A program made the translations under genes and the position numbers. From IMG/VR virus record IMGVR_UViG_3300034684_000292, positions 6,848-70,847 of that record: a stretch of DNA of 64,000 nt. One strand, given 5' to 3'. Numbering within the stretch: position 1 is the first letter of the stretch; every line of letters starts with the position of its first letter. This document shows positions 7,522 through 17,858 of the stretch, one piece after another. Source of the stretch: a virus. The notes under the pieces are model-generated. The model was not told the origin of the DNA and did not search any database. It worked only from the letters and a program-made list of their open reading frames with translations.

Positions 7522-9552
7522 TTATACTATATAATTCTTTGCGTTTTGCAGGGTAGCTTTCTTTATTACTTTTCCCAAATCAAAAGCAAGACTACTCATA
7601 TCCGAAAGTATTACGTAGTGAGTAAACATTGTCTTGGGGTCATACGAAGGGTTAATACATACCTGAACAACCGAAAATCCTTTCTTTTCAACTTTTTGAA
7701 CACTCACTTTTGTATGCTCAACCGCCGAAAGTCCCCCATAACCATCTGCACATGGAGCTCCATCGGAAAGGATAAAAAACAATGCAGGTAAATTTGTTTG
7801 TTTTCTAACTCTTGCAGCAACTTCCATAATTGCAGTTCCGTCTCTGTTTTGAGAATATGCGGCTACAGAACCGAGTGCATATTTGGGGTGGTAACCTTTT
7901 TCTCTGTAAACACTCAACTCTGTTGCACCCGAATATCGTATATCTCCTGTATGTCCATAGATGTATAACTCTACATTCGATATTTTACCTACCGCTTCAT
8001 TAATTAAAACCGCAGTATCCCTTGCAGCAACAATCCTACTTCCATCCATTGAACCACTCTCATCGATTAAAACAACGATTGCAACTTTATCCGTTTTTAC
8101 TTCTCCTTCCCGTATATAAACATTTGGAACTCCTTGATATGCTTCCGCAAGTTTGTTAGTATCGAGTAGTCCGTGTCGCATACCTCTGTGTATGTATTTA
8201 TACTCCCGATTGTTTCCTTTCAATACCTTAGAAATTGCAGGAACAAATCTCCGAACCCTACTTAAAGAATCCATGTATTTTTCCTTGTTATCCTTTCGTT
8301 TTGAAAAGAAACTGTCTTTTGAAGAACCTCTGTCGAGTGTACCTTCCAACTCTTCCGCAAATGTTGCTCCTTCTCTTGTTTTAAGTTCATCACTTACTTC
8401 ATGAGATTTTGCACCAACATCCGCATCATCAGTAATCTTATCGAGCTTGGGAATTATTTTCCGAGAATCACCCAACAATTTATCGAGCGCTTTTTCGGAA
8501 ATTTCTTCGGGAGACATAGTTTTTACCTCACTACTTCCACTTCCCTTACCACCTTTACTACTTTCTCCTTCACCCTCACTTTCATCACTACCATCACTTT
8601 TGGAATCACTCGAACTTTTTCCACTTTCACTTCCTTCATCACTTCCACTTTCAGCATCCTCACCTTCACTACCCTCTTCACCAGAACCTTCGGAAGACAT
8701 TTTTTTCTCCTCTTCCTCACGTAATTTTTCTACATAGAACTCCTTAAAAATTTCGTAAACACCTACTGCCGTATCAACAACATCTTCCGTATCCGTAGGA
8801 TAAGGTAAAACTAAATCCTTAACTGTGGCCAAATGATAGCCGAAGAAAGTTATATTCTCTCTTTTAAGATACTTCGGATACCTTATAATATATAGGAAAG
8901 TGTTTATCAGTTTCTCAAGGTCAGTCATCTCCGATTCTCTCGGAACTACAAAATCCAAATAGTATTGGTCGAAATAAAAGTACTTACTCTTTTCCAAGAA
9001 ACGTGTCAATCCGGGTTTATCTTCCCCCAATAATTGTTCAATTCTCTCATCCTCTATAATATTTGCAAGGACTTTTATTATCTGTTTCTCATCATCGGAA
9101 TAAGATTTGTAATCGAGTACCCTTGATAAACCTCCAAACTGTGTGTACCTCAAATGGCATCCTTCGTGTATGGTAGTACCCAAGAATGTATCGATTCTTT
9201 CTCCTACGGAAAGTTCCTCATCATCAAACATCTTTGTTGATAGAGTAACCGTTTTCCCATCGGTAAACGAATCTTCACCTTTTGAAATTTTGATGTTAAC
9301 CTTCATAGGAGGGTCAACTACCGCCATCATATCCTTTGCAAGGTCATAAGCAAGTCTTATAGCTTCTTTCTTGGTTGGCTCTTTTACAAAAAATGAGGAA
9401 TAACTGTCATCCTCACCTAATGTTTTTTCCCAACCTAACCGATGTTTATCGGTGGCTCTAACGTATGTTTCTCCATCACGTTCAAACCAATCCTTCATCA
9501 AATCGTTTATATCCTCATCGGTTAACGTGTACGATTTATCTATTACTGACAT
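7522..9552 (-). CDS. CobT-like VWA-domain protein with N-terminal HExxH region
   Basis: HEGCH, NIIEDERIE, acidic S/G/E linker, MIDAS DESGSM, LSDGAP. Confidence 0.85.
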   Translation of the reverse strand: MSVIDKSYTLTDEDINDLMKDWFERDGETYVRATDKHRLGWEKTLGEDDSYSSFFVKEPTKKEAIRLAYDLAKDMMAVVDPPMKVNIKISKGEDSFTDGKTVTLSTKMFDDEELSVGERIDTFLGTTIHEGCHLRYTQFGGLSRVLDYKSYSDDEKQIIKVLANIIEDERIEQLLGEDKPGLTRFLEKSKYFYFDQYYLDFVVPRESEMTDLEKLINTFLYIIRYPKYLKRENITFFGYHLATVKDLVLPYPTDTEDVVDTAVGVYEIFKEFYVEKLREEEEKKMSSEGSGEEGSEGEDAESGSDEGSESGKSSSDSKSDGSDESEGEGESSKGGKGSGSSEVKTMSPEEISEKALDKLLGDSRKIIPKLDKITDDADVGAKSHEVSDELKTREGATFAEELEGTLDRGSSKDSFFSKRKDNKEKYMDSLSRVRRFVPAISKVLKGNNREYKYIHRGMRHGLLDTNKLAEAYQGVPNVYIREGEVKTDKVAIVVLIDESGSMDGSRIVAARDTAVLINEAVGKISNVELYIYGHTGDIRYSGATELSVYREKGYHPKYALGSVAAYSQNRDGTAIMEVAARVRKQTNLPALFFILSDGAPCADGYGGLSAVEHTKVSVQKVEKKGFSVVQVCINPSYDPKTMFTHYVILSDMSSLAFDLGKVIKKATLQNAKNYIV

Positions 9553-9553
9553 A

Positions 9554-10756
9554 TTATCTCGCCGTTAATGCTTTATACACTGTACTTCTTTCACCTTCCA
9601 ATTTTGTTCCTTCAAACAATGGAAGTATAACCAATTCCAACGATTTAATGAGTGGCCATCCATCAGACAGCAACTCTGCAACCATTAGAGTTTCCCTTGT
9701 CGAAATAGACGAACTCACTTCCTGTTTGGCATACATATTACGGATATTCTCCGCAATTCTTACCACATTGAGTGCATCACCTTTTCCAATACCCGTTCGT
9801 ATTTGTAAGATTTGTTGCTCCTGGTCGGGTTTCAGATAGTCCAATTCAATCGGAAAAAACCTGTTCACAAGTGCCTTATCCATACTCATTGTACCCGTAT
9901 ATTCAGCTCCTATATTTGCAGTAGCAACAAAACAACAATCTTCATGAACAGGAATTTGTCTTTTATCGGATGCACCTGCAATCTCGACAGGCAAACTTCT
10001 TCTGTCGTCCAAACACGGAAACAGAATATTGTTTGTAGTTACGGGAGCTCTCGATAATTCGTCCAATAACAGAACTCCCTCTTCCTGTACATCCTGTGTA
10101 AACTTTGCGTAATCAAATACGGAAACACCTCCCTCAGCCAATCGGTGAACTCCGAGTAATCCTGCGACAGGGTCATACATAGAACCCATGTCATATACTC
10201 GGAAAGCCTTTCCAATTTTTGCGGCAGCAATTCTTACAAGGGATGTTTTACCAGAACCCGTAGGCCCGATTATCATTGTATTGATACCGTTTACGATATT
10301 TCTTATTAAAAGATACCAAATATCCCTGTCCACATAAAATCCTTCTTTAATATCGGGAGGTGAAAGTGCCTCATTTCCGATAAGTTTTTCAAGATACGAA
10401 CCTCTGCGTGCAGGTGGAGTGTCCGATGTATGTGCAGGTTCCGGTGCAGATACGGTTGCACCTATGAATTTTGCATACGCTTCCAACATTTCCATAGGTG
10501 GTACATGTGAAGGTTCTCTGTATGCAGTTGTATCCGGCAAACACGGATAAATTTTTCCCGCAACATAAAATCCAGAACCTGCTTCCAAACTTTCTGTACC
10601 AAATACCGTTCCGACAGGATACATTGCTCTTATCGGTTTGTCGGCCTGCACATTTAAGTTTTCGTTTATTGGCAAACCGTCTAATGTCTGACCTGCAATA
10701 GGTCTTAACCGTATGCGTGATTTCTCCGTAACGGTCTTCATAAAATAATACTTCAT
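9554..10756 (-). CDS. MoxR/CobS-like AAA+ ATPase
   Basis: Walker A GPTGSGKT, Walker B LLLDE, ATAN, DKALVNRF, STR; adjacent VWA partner. Confidence 0.85.
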   Translation of the reverse strand: MKYYFMKTVTEKSRIRLRPIAGQTLDGLPINENLNVQADKPIRAMYPVGTVFGTESLEAGSGFYVAGKIYPCLPDTTAYREPSHVPPMEMLEAYAKFIGATVSAPEPAHTSDTPPARRGSYLEKLIGNEALSPPDIKEGFYVDRDIWYLLIRNIVNGINTMIIGPTGSGKTSLVRIAAAKIGKAFRVYDMGSMYDPVAGLLGVHRLAEGGVSVFDYAKFTQDVQEEGVLLLDELSRAPVTTNNILFPCLDDRRSLPVEIAGASDKRQIPVHEDCCFVATANIGAEYTGTMSMDKALVNRFFPIELDYLKPDQEQQILQIRTGIGKGDALNVVRIAENIRNMYAKQEVSSSISTRETLMVAELLSDGWPLIKSLELVILPLFEGTKLEGERSTVYKALTAR

Positions 10757-10769
10757 AATTCTGTGGGGT

Positions 10770-10979
10770 TTAAAATTTATTGTTTCGCTCTAATCTATAA
10801 ATAATATCTTCTGCGTCTGTCTCCGTTAAATCTTTATGTATGGTGGACTTTTTAATACGTGAGTTGTCCGATAACTTCATATATTTAATTACCTTATATC
10901 CGCCATGAAGTTGTTTGTGTTTCTCATATCCCAACAGTTCCCAAGTAACCGTTTTATAAGATTTATTTTTGTGTTTCAT
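10770..10979 (-). CDS. hypothetical protein
   Basis: Start moved to ATG 10979 because the promoter motif occupies the upstream part of the track ORF. Confidence 0.55.
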   Translation of the reverse strand: MKHKNKSYKTVTWELLGYEKHKQLHGGYKVIKYMKLSDNSRIKKSTIHKDLTETDAEDIIYRLERNNKF

Positions 10980-10984
10980 TGTTA

Positions 10985-11016
10985 TAAATATAGCAATAAC
11001 TAAATTAATTTCCAAA
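10985..11016 (-). promoter_or_regulatory. repeated phage promoter motif, copy 2
   Basis: TTTGGAAATTAATTTAGTTATTGCTATATTTA. Confidence 0.7.
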
Positions 11017-11367
11017 CTACTTCCTGTTTGCCATTTCAATTAAAAACTGCAAGTCATCGTAATCTATAACGGCTAAACTTTTCTTTTCAGTTTCAAAAGT
11101 TACAATAAATACAGGTATTTTTCCTGCTCTACATCGTTTCAACATTTTAAACCACTCCTTCAAAGTAATACTGTAAGATTTATTTGCCGTTGTTTTGGCC
11201 TCAACTTCACAATAATCCGTAACCACATCATTCTGTGATAATGTGGCTCCGGAATTTATTGTAGTTTTACCCCTTAGTACTTTGGCAATATTTGATTCCT
11301 GTCTTTTGGAACGTTTCCGTGTAGTTTCACCATCAATCAATTCCTCAAGATACTTGTACTTTGCCAT
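11017..11367 (-). CDS. second Holliday junction resolvase-like PD-(D/E)XK nuclease
   Basis: SKRQE..IA...NSGA...ND...VEAKTT; follows recA. Confidence 0.65.
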   Translation of the reverse strand: MAKYKYLEELIDGETTRKRSKRQESNIAKVLRGKTTINSGATLSQNDVVTDYCEVEAKTTANKSYSITLKEWFKMLKRCRAGKIPVFIVTFETEKKSLAVIDYDDLQFLIEMANRK

Positions 11368-11368
11368 A

Positions 11369-12502
11369 CTATTTTTGTTTCAGAATCTCATCCTCAATTT
11401 CCTTTATCAAACCCGAAGTTTCGAGTTCTACTGCAAGATTGTCCATACCCTGTACTCTAAGGTCTCCGTAGCTATACCAAGAACCCTTTCTTTCAACAAT
11501 ACCATAACGCAAACCCAACTCTACAATTTGTTCATTGGTATTTGTTTTATGTGCAGGCACAGCTCCATAATCCACATACGCATAAAACAGTGTACCCGAC
11601 CTACCGTTTGTACCGAGTTTATTCTTCTTACATGTTAAAGATATATTCCTACCGACAATCAAATCTCCTTCCGTACCCTCACCCTGTATTTCTTTTAATG
11701 GTTTACAAAATACGGAAAGCGATTTTGCACGTTTTAATTGTCCACCGTTTTTAACCTGCGAAGGGTCTCCAAACACCAACCCCACTTTTGTGTACTCGGA
11801 ATTTACAACTCCAAGAGTAGCTTGTCCATGAGGGTTGGAATTAATTGCAGATTGAAATTTTCTGAAAGCTTTATTCCAGAAACGGGCATTTGATGCCATT
11901 TGTTGGTCTTCCATAGATTTATCCGTTTCATCATCGGGCCCGATAGCCGATAAAGAATCTATAATTACCAAACTTATTGTAGGGTCTGATAATAATGCCT
12001 GAGTAATATCCACCGCCTGAGACAACATAACAGGGTTAACTATAATCAACCCTTCATTATCGATTCCGAAATTTTCGCCCCACTCCTGAGTGTAAGTGCC
12101 TTCAATATCCACAAGTGCAACTCTTCTGTGTTCAGGTTCACGTTCAGGTTTGTAACCTCTCCGCAATTTGTAACTCAATAATTCCTTTACAACTCCTTCC
12201 TTAGCATACTCGAATTTTACAAAAGCATTAGGCTCGTTATTTGCCCAATCGAATCTTTGAAATTGTCCTATTGCATCATAAAACAGATAACTTTTCAGAG
12301 AACCGTTCTCACCGTAATGCTCTATAATTCTTCCGACAGGAAATCCACCATCGGTTACATAGTTGTACATCGGAATCGTACTTCTTATTTTTAGACACTC
12401 CGGCATATCCGATGCCGTATGGACTATGCCCTCACCCATTGTAGTATTGAATTTACCCAATATGGAATTTAACGAACTTGTTGTAGTTGTCTTTCTGCTC
12501 AT
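11369..12502 (-). CDS. recA: RecA/UvsX-like recombinase
   Basis: GGFPVGRIIEHYG, VDIEGT, IIDSLSA, GGQLK, C-terminal GSWYSY. Confidence 0.9.
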   Translation of the reverse strand: MSRKTTTTSSLNSILGKFNTTMGEGIVHTASDMPECLKIRSTIPMYNYVTDGGFPVGRIIEHYGENGSLKSYLFYDAIGQFQRFDWANNEPNAFVKFEYAKEGVVKELLSYKLRRGYKPEREPEHRRVALVDIEGTYTQEWGENFGIDNEGLIIVNPVMLSQAVDITQALLSDPTISLVIIDSLSAIGPDDETDKSMEDQQMASNARFWNKAFRKFQSAINSNPHGQATLGVVNSEYTKVGLVFGDPSQVKNGGQLKRAKSLSVFCKPLKEIQGEGTEGDLIVGRNISLTCKKNKLGTNGRSGTLFYAYVDYGAVPAHKTNTNEQIVELGLRYGIVERKGSWYSYGDLRVQGMDNLAVELETSGLIKEIEDEILKQK

Positions 12503-14388
12503 ACTAATGAAGTAATTAATGAATAATCAAATCTTTTTTCGTAACTCGGAATAAAATCATCTTTCATTTCACTCCAATCTTTTATAATTTTACCCTCAAC
12601 CAGCAAAGGTATATCCAATTTAACCGTGTTTTCCATACAGTCAATAAGAATGTCCCTCGCTTCAATCATGTCCGATATTTTAGGTTCAAACAATACCTCA
12701 TCATGAACCTGCAATATAAACGGACAATCCATTCCGATTTTTTTGAACGCTTCAACCGCTTTGATTGTGGACAATTTTACTATCTCTGCACCCGTACCCT
12801 GAATAATGGTATTAACTCCTTGTCGCAATGCAGCAAAATATGCACCGTTGTCTCCACCATACGTTGTTCCTTTCTTTGCATCTGGTAACCTTCTTATTCT
12901 GCCATGAAGTGTTTTAACGTAACCATTCTTAACGGCAAATTTTTCGACACCCTCTTTCCACTTTGCAAAACCGTAATAAACTCTATGATATTCATCAATG
13001 ATACGTTTGGCTTCGGTTATGTTTATTCCCAAGAAATCTGCAAGTTTACCCGGCCCCATTCCGTACAAAATACCGAAGTTTACAATCTTAGCACTTTTTC
13101 TCTTAATGTGCAACCTGTTTGAAACATCCGTATGTGCATCTCCACCGTTAAGATACAAATCGATAAGAATGGGGTCTTTACTCATGTGAGCCATAACCCG
13201 CAATTCAAGTTGTGAATAATCGTAATTTAAAAAAACCCTTCCCTCACGTGGAATGAATGCTTTTCTTATCGGAAATTTATCGTTGTTTGGTTGATTCTGT
13301 AAATTGGGGTTACTACTTGCAAAACGTCCTGTTACAGTACCCAACGAATTTAAATCTCCCCTCAAAATATCATTCTCATCAAGCAATTCCGGGATACTTT
13401 TGATATAACCACTGTCCAATTTATTTAATTCCGAATATTCATCCAGAAGTTCACCGACTTTTATACCCGATGAAGCCCATGCAGAAAAAGTTTTTGAATC
13501 CGTACTCAGTGCTCCTGTTCTTGTTTTACCGATTACAGGAAGTCTCATTTTATCGAAAAATACTTCCTGTTTCTGTTTGGGAGAATTTAGATTAAATACA
13601 CATCCGCATTCCTTGTAAATCTCATTAAGTAACTTGTCGATTTCAATTCCAATTTGCACTTGCATTTCTTCAAGTAAACTTCTGTCAATTTTTACACCTC
13701 TTATTTTGGCATCTTTCAGAATGGGAACAAGGGGTAACTCCATCCTATCATGAACACGTTTTGCATCCATATCCATCAACTTGTAATATCTGTAAAATAC
13801 TTGTGTAGTCCAATAAGCATCTTCACCAGAATAAGTAGCAAGCGATTCCAGAAACTTTTCTCCTTCAACTGCCCAATCGATACGGCTCCATTTTTTACCA
13901 CACCATTCCTCGAATGTTTGTTTATCGACAGAAAAATCCGTTCGTACAAGTTTTTCAAGATTCTTCTCTTTATCCGGGTCATACAAATGAACCATGATAA
14001 GAGTATCTGCGAGCAAATTATAACCCGTAATTCCATTCATCTCGAAAACCATCGTATCAAACTTTGCATTGTGGGCTACAAGTCCCTCCAATCTACCGCT
14101 CATAAGTGAGCATCCTTCACCACCAAACAACGGGAAATACTTATTGCATACCTCTGCAATATCCTTAATCGGTATTCCTTTGCCGAAAAAATAATCCGTA
14201 GGTATGAATATCGGGTCTTTCAAATCCTGATGTAACGATAATCCCAACGGAGTTGCATTGTAATCCAACGATACTGTTTCCCAATCGAAAACGACAGGTA
14301 TCTTCCTGTCCAATTTTTTAAAGTATTGTTCAATATCGTCTTTTGTTTCCGCAAGTAATACGTTTACATATCCTTTTAATACTCTCAT
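12499..14388 (-). CDS. polA: family A DNA polymerase (3'-5' exo plus polymerase)
   Basis: FDWET, HNAKFD, TGRFASSNPNLQN, DYSQLELR, AKIVNFGILYG, QVHDE. Confidence 0.95.
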   Translation of the reverse strand: MRVLKGYVNVLLAETKDDIEQYFKKLDRKIPVVFDWETVSLDYNATPLGLSLHQDLKDPIFIPTDYFFGKGIPIKDIAEVCNKYFPLFGGEGCSLMSGRLEGLVAHNAKFDTMVFEMNGITGYNLLADTLIMVHLYDPDKEKNLEKLVRTDFSVDKQTFEEWCGKKWSRIDWAVEGEKFLESLATYSGEDAYWTTQVFYRYYKLMDMDAKRVHDRMELPLVPILKDAKIRGVKIDRSLLEEMQVQIGIEIDKLLNEIYKECGCVFNLNSPKQKQEVFFDKMRLPVIGKTRTGALSTDSKTFSAWASSGIKVGELLDEYSELNKLDSGYIKSIPELLDENDILRGDLNSLGTVTGRFASSNPNLQNQPNNDKFPIRKAFIPREGRVFLNYDYSQLELRVMAHMSKDPILIDLYLNGGDAHTDVSNRLHIKRKSAKIVNFGILYGMGPGKLADFLGINITEAKRIIDEYHRVYYGFAKWKEGVEKFAVKNGYVKTLHGRIRRLPDAKKGTTYGGDNGAYFAALRQGVNTIIQGTGAEIVKLSTIKAVEAFKKIGMDCPFILQVHDEVLFEPKISDMIEARDILIDCMENTVKLDIPLLVEGKIIKDWSEMKDDFIPSYEKRFDYSLITSLV

Positions 14389-14402
14389 ACTTCAATAACA
14401 AT

Positions 14403-14436
14403 AAAATTGGCACACCCTCATAATAAGAGTGTGCCC
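14403..14436 (-). terminator. intrinsic terminator after SSB
   Basis: GGCACACTCTTA-TTA-TGAGGGTGTGCC stem followed by AATTTTATT. Confidence 0.7.
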
Positions 14437-14455
14437 TCAGTAAAATTAATTCCAA

Positions 14456-15157
14456 TCAATCCTCAGAATCATCATAAACATAACCCTTCTCATCGATTTC
14501 GTCCGAAGTAGGTGGTTGACAAAGTTCCTCCGCAGTAGGATAATCGTCATCCCATTTAATGGGCTTAACTCTTCTATCCTCATCATCAAAAGCAATCTCG
14601 AAATTGTACGATGTATTTTTTCCACCACCGCTTCGTGTAACTTCGAGAACCATTTCGTCCAATTCCTTACCCTTTTTATCGACAAGTTGTTTCAATTGTT
14701 GTGCAACGGTCGAATTTACTTTCCAAATTTTGAGAATGGGCTTATCATGATTGAATCTTGATTTCTCCTTGTTCCATGTTCCACGTGAATCGAGAACCAT
14801 AAATGCAGCTCTCCAAACTTGTTTGATTCCAGATGAACACATTACACAATGTTTTCCCGTGTTTAACTGACAAGGGACTAATTTCCAATTTCCTTTTGAA
14901 TCTTTTACAGAATGAGCATCGTAGCAATACGGCTCTGCCTGCAAAAACTGAATTTGTGCACTTTCACCATCTTTCAACCAGAAGTCTCTTACAGAAGATT
15001 CAGCTTCCTCACGTCTTTCAGCGACTTCCTTTTGTCTTCGTGCAACTGCACCCCATCCTTGTACAGACTTGTCAGTCTTACTTGGTGCACTCTCATGTTT
15101 TCTACCCTCTAAACGACTTGACCGTCTCGGTAGTTCTTCTCTTTTTGTTGTTGGCAT
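14456..15157 (-). CDS. gp32-like single-stranded DNA-binding protein
   Basis: FWLKDGES, Zn ligands H...C...CVMC, VTRSG..KNTSY, acidic tail YDDSED; start MPTTK downstream of the promoter motif. Confidence 0.75.
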   Translation of the reverse strand: MPTTKREELPRRSSRLEGRKHESAPSKTDKSVQGWGAVARRQKEVAERREEAESSVRDFWLKDGESAQIQFLQAEPYCYDAHSVKDSKGNWKLVPCQLNTGKHCVMCSSGIKQVWRAAFMVLDSRGTWNKEKSRFNHDKPILKIWKVNSTVAQQLKQLVDKKGKELDEMVLEVTRSGGGKNTSYNFEIAFDDEDRRVKPIKWDDDYPTAEELCQPPTSDEIDEKGYVYDDSED

Positions 15158-15195
15158 AATCTTAAAAATTTTTGTTGTTAATTGCATTGACTTTA

Positions 15196-15227
15196 TAAAT
15201 ATACTAAAATGTAAATTACATTCCAAA
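15196..15227 (-). promoter_or_regulatory. repeated phage promoter motif, copy 3
   Basis: TTTGGAATGTAATTTACATTTTAGTATATTTA. Confidence 0.7.
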
Positions 15228-15231
15228 CACG

Positions 15232-15828
15232 TCAAGTTATCCTTACCTTTATGGTTACTTCCATTGCTTCATCGGAAGTCTCGTAATTAATCAGGGTTAC
15301 TTTATGCCGTGTAACAAGTTCAAGTGCATGGTTCTTTAAATCAATGTCCCTGTCGACACTACCTACACACCTTGCTTTTATACTGCACGTATCTCCAATA
15401 TAAGATGAAGCCGTAGCAATAGTAATGTCATCAGAAACGGTTGTGAATGAAGTACCCTTAGGTTTTACCTCATCATCAGGTGCCGGCACCCACCCGTTAG
15501 TTTCTCCAATACTTTCCTCATATAGTGGGTCTGAATCTTCATCATACTGAGGAAACGCCTCTATAACCCACCTAATCAAATATTTGTTATTGGTATATCC
15601 GGCACCCGAAATTACATTGTGTATCTTATTGCGTTTTACTTCCAACCTATCATCACCTATTCTTTCATTAACATACCAAATAAGTACCCGTGTAGGATTC
15701 TCCACAACAAATTTCTTAAACATGCTCTCGTATTCTTCATTCCACTTATCCGTTCTAACAATTGTCATGAGAGGTGGAATATTAAATCTTTCGTCATCCT
15801 TATTCAAGGAGCCCATCAATACTTCCAT
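15232..15828 (-). CDS. hypothetical protein
   Basis: 198-aa ORF in replication operon. Confidence 0.65.
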   Translation of the reverse strand: MEVLMGSLNKDDERFNIPPLMTIVRTDKWNEEYESMFKKFVVENPTRVLIWYVNERIGDDRLEVKRNKIHNVISGAGYTNNKYLIRWVIEAFPQYDEDSDPLYEESIGETNGWVPAPDDEVKPKGTSFTTVSDDITIATASSYIGDTCSIKARCVGSVDRDIDLKNHALELVTRHKVTLINYETSDEAMEVTIKVRIT

Positions 15829-15830
15829 AT

Positions 15831-16730
15831 TTATTTGAGTTTTAATTTTTCCCGCATTTCAAGATAACCATCCCATTCCATAGTCATTTGATAGGAATAG
15901 GTAAAATAATCCGTTGCATTATCAAATGCTTTTTTCCATACTTTCGGACTTATACATTCCGCAGGGTCTTTCTGTGTATATGGTATCAATAAAATCTCCA
16001 CATGTTTATGCAATTTATGGTAGTCCTTTTCGATTGCAATTCTACCCGGCAAATCATTGTCTCTTGCAAGATATACTTTCTTAAATCCATATAGCATTTC
16101 CGCTTGTTCATCACTCAAAGATGTTCCCAAAGTTGCACAGGCATTATATCCGTGTTGATACAGTCTGAACACATCCGAATATCCTTCAACAAGTATTACG
16201 TAGTCAAATGATGTGTCCAGATTGTACAAGTAATGTTTCTTATCGAAAAAAGATGAGTTGCTTACAAATCTCCTGACACCATCCTTGCGTTTCTGATAAC
16301 CGAGCAATTTTCTCGGAGTTACGAAACTGTCATAAAACGGTATTACGGAATATCCATCGTCCGTAGTTCCCAATCTGAAATGCTCCAATACTTCCCTTTT
16401 AAAACCACGCTTTAAAAATGTCTCAGGTAATTCGAGATTCCAATAAATATCGAGTTCAAAATCCTTTTTCTTTGGAGTGTAATCCGTTAATCTTACATAT
16501 TCAACCGCATCAAAATATCCTACCCCCATTCGTGTAGTGAGTAATTTTATGAGAGACCCTTTGGCTTCACAGCTAAAACAATGATAAGCATTAATATCCG
16601 GACTTAAAAAGAAACTTTGCCGACCACTACCATCTGTGTGATTTTCCCTGAAAGGGCATTCCATTCGTATCTGTCCATTACTCATTACACGTGGGTTGTA
16701 TTTTTCCAATACTTCCAGCAACGGTTTCAT
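15831..16730 (-). CDS. DnaG-type DNA primase
   Basis: Zn finger CPF..NH...CFSC, TOPRIM VEGYSD and DND. Confidence 0.9.
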   Translation of the reverse strand: MKPLLEVLEKYNPRVMSNGQIRMECPFRENHTDGSGRQSFFLSPDINAYHCFSCEAKGSLIKLLTTRMGVGYFDAVEYVRLTDYTPKKKDFELDIYWNLELPETFLKRGFKREVLEHFRLGTTDDGYSVIPFYDSFVTPRKLLGYQKRKDGVRRFVSNSSFFDKKHYLYNLDTSFDYVILVEGYSDVFRLYQHGYNACATLGTSLSDEQAEMLYGFKKVYLARDNDLPGRIAIEKDYHKLHKHVEILLIPYTQKDPAECISPKVWKKAFDNATDYFTYSYQMTMEWDGYLEMREKLKLK

Positions 16731-17119
16731 TTTGTATCTTTTCTTATTTTACATGCGCTTTCCATTTTACTTATCAGCTCGGTTAAAGATTCTATCGAAT
16801 CGTTTAACGACCTTGTACTTTCTGTACTTTTGGAAACTTTGTTACCGAGTGTTCCTATGTGTGCTCTAAGAGTTATAATATCATTACCCAGCGGCCTTAA
16901 AATTTCTCTCAGTTTTACCAAAAATCTTGTATTTCCTACAATAGCATTGTACAGCCTGAGTATTCCGAAAGCAATAACTCCCAATAACAATATTCCTACT
17001 CTCAAGTAAAATTCGATTCCTCCACCGTTTATTAGTGGACTTACTACCCAATAAATAACTCCCAAAATAATTAAAATTATAACTCCTATCAGAGACCAAT
17101 AAATAATTCTGTTTCCCAT
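16727..17119 (-). CDS. two-TM membrane protein with coiled coil
   Basis: two hydrophobic segments then heptad-like tail. Confidence 0.65.
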   Translation of the reverse strand: MGNRIIYWSLIGVIILIILGVIYWVVSPLINGGGIEFYLRVGILLLGVIAFGILRLYNAIVGNTRFLVKLREILRPLGNDIITLRAHIGTLGNKVSKSTESTRSLNDSIESLTELISKMESACKIRKDTK

Positions 17120-17499
17120 AACTCCAAATAATTTATTTTTTGTTTGAACGTTTGAATAATTTGTGGCATACTTTTGCCACTATCCTTCTCCATTTTCATC
17201 CACTTTTTTATGTATGGCTCAATTTCAGTTGGTTTATTTGGCAACTCCCTATTGGAAACTGCAAAAGCTCCTGTCTCGGACTCCAAAATACCAATATCTC
17301 CATTGTCGGTTTTACCGAAGTAGTACAAAGAATTCTTGTACCTGATTTCGTGCGTGTACTTTATTGTACGAAACACATCCCATACATTATACCCAAATCC
17401 GTGATACAGATAAAGAGGGTATTTGTAAACTCCTTTTCGTTTAATTATTTCCATGTCGATTATTTCCATGTCAATTGCATCCATATCGATTATATCCAT
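17089..17499 (-). CDS. hypothetical protein with N-terminal pentapeptide repeat
   Basis: MDIID-MDAID-MEIID-MEIIK. Confidence 0.6.
   Translation of the reverse strand: MDIIDMDAIDMEIIDMEIIKRKGVYKYPLYLYHGFGYNVWDVFRTIKYTHEIRYKNSLYYFGKTDNGDIGILESETGAFAVSNRELPNKPTEIEPYIKKWMKMEKDSGKSMPQIIQTFKQKINYLELWETELFIGL
17440..17499 (-). repeat. 4 x 15-bp imperfect tandem repeat
   Basis: ATGGATATAATCGAT ATGGATGCAATTGAC ATGGAAATAATCGAC ATGGAAATAATTAAA. Confidence 0.8.
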
Positions 17500-17858
17500 A
17501 ATGTAAGTATTCCAATTTGTGAATCCGTTATATTGTTGAGTAATAAATTTTGTCCAACTTCCACTAACAGGTTCTTTGTTGAAGTGAAGAAGTAATATCT
17601 CTTTTCTTCGATGGTTTGTAATCCGTCACGTAAAACTTCTTTAATATCGTCATAACAATATTCTCTAAGAATATTTGTGCCCGTACTTGCCTCAGTGAGT
17701 ACATAGTAACCGTTCATTCCGGGAACTTCCGTAATTAAAAACCACCAATGATATTTCTTGAAGTACCCGATACATCTTGTTTCTACAATATCCCCACTGT
17801 CCAACCGTATATATGCAAGTTTATCGCACCTGTTTATGTACGTACCTTTAAAAATCAT
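17490..17858 (-). CDS. hypothetical protein
   Basis: ORF coupled to the helicase stop; ATG 17858 chosen. Confidence 0.6.
   Translation of the reverse strand: MIFKGTYINRCDKLAYIRLDSGDIVETRCIGYFKKYHWWFLITEVPGMNGYYVLTEASTGTNILREYCYDDIKEVLRDGLQTIEEKRYYFFTSTKNLLVEVGQNLLLNNITDSQIGILTLWI

Noticed and set aside
8520-8720. Low-complexity CACTT/TTCAC repeats
   Set aside because: Explained by the S/G/E-rich linker typical of CobT-like proteins
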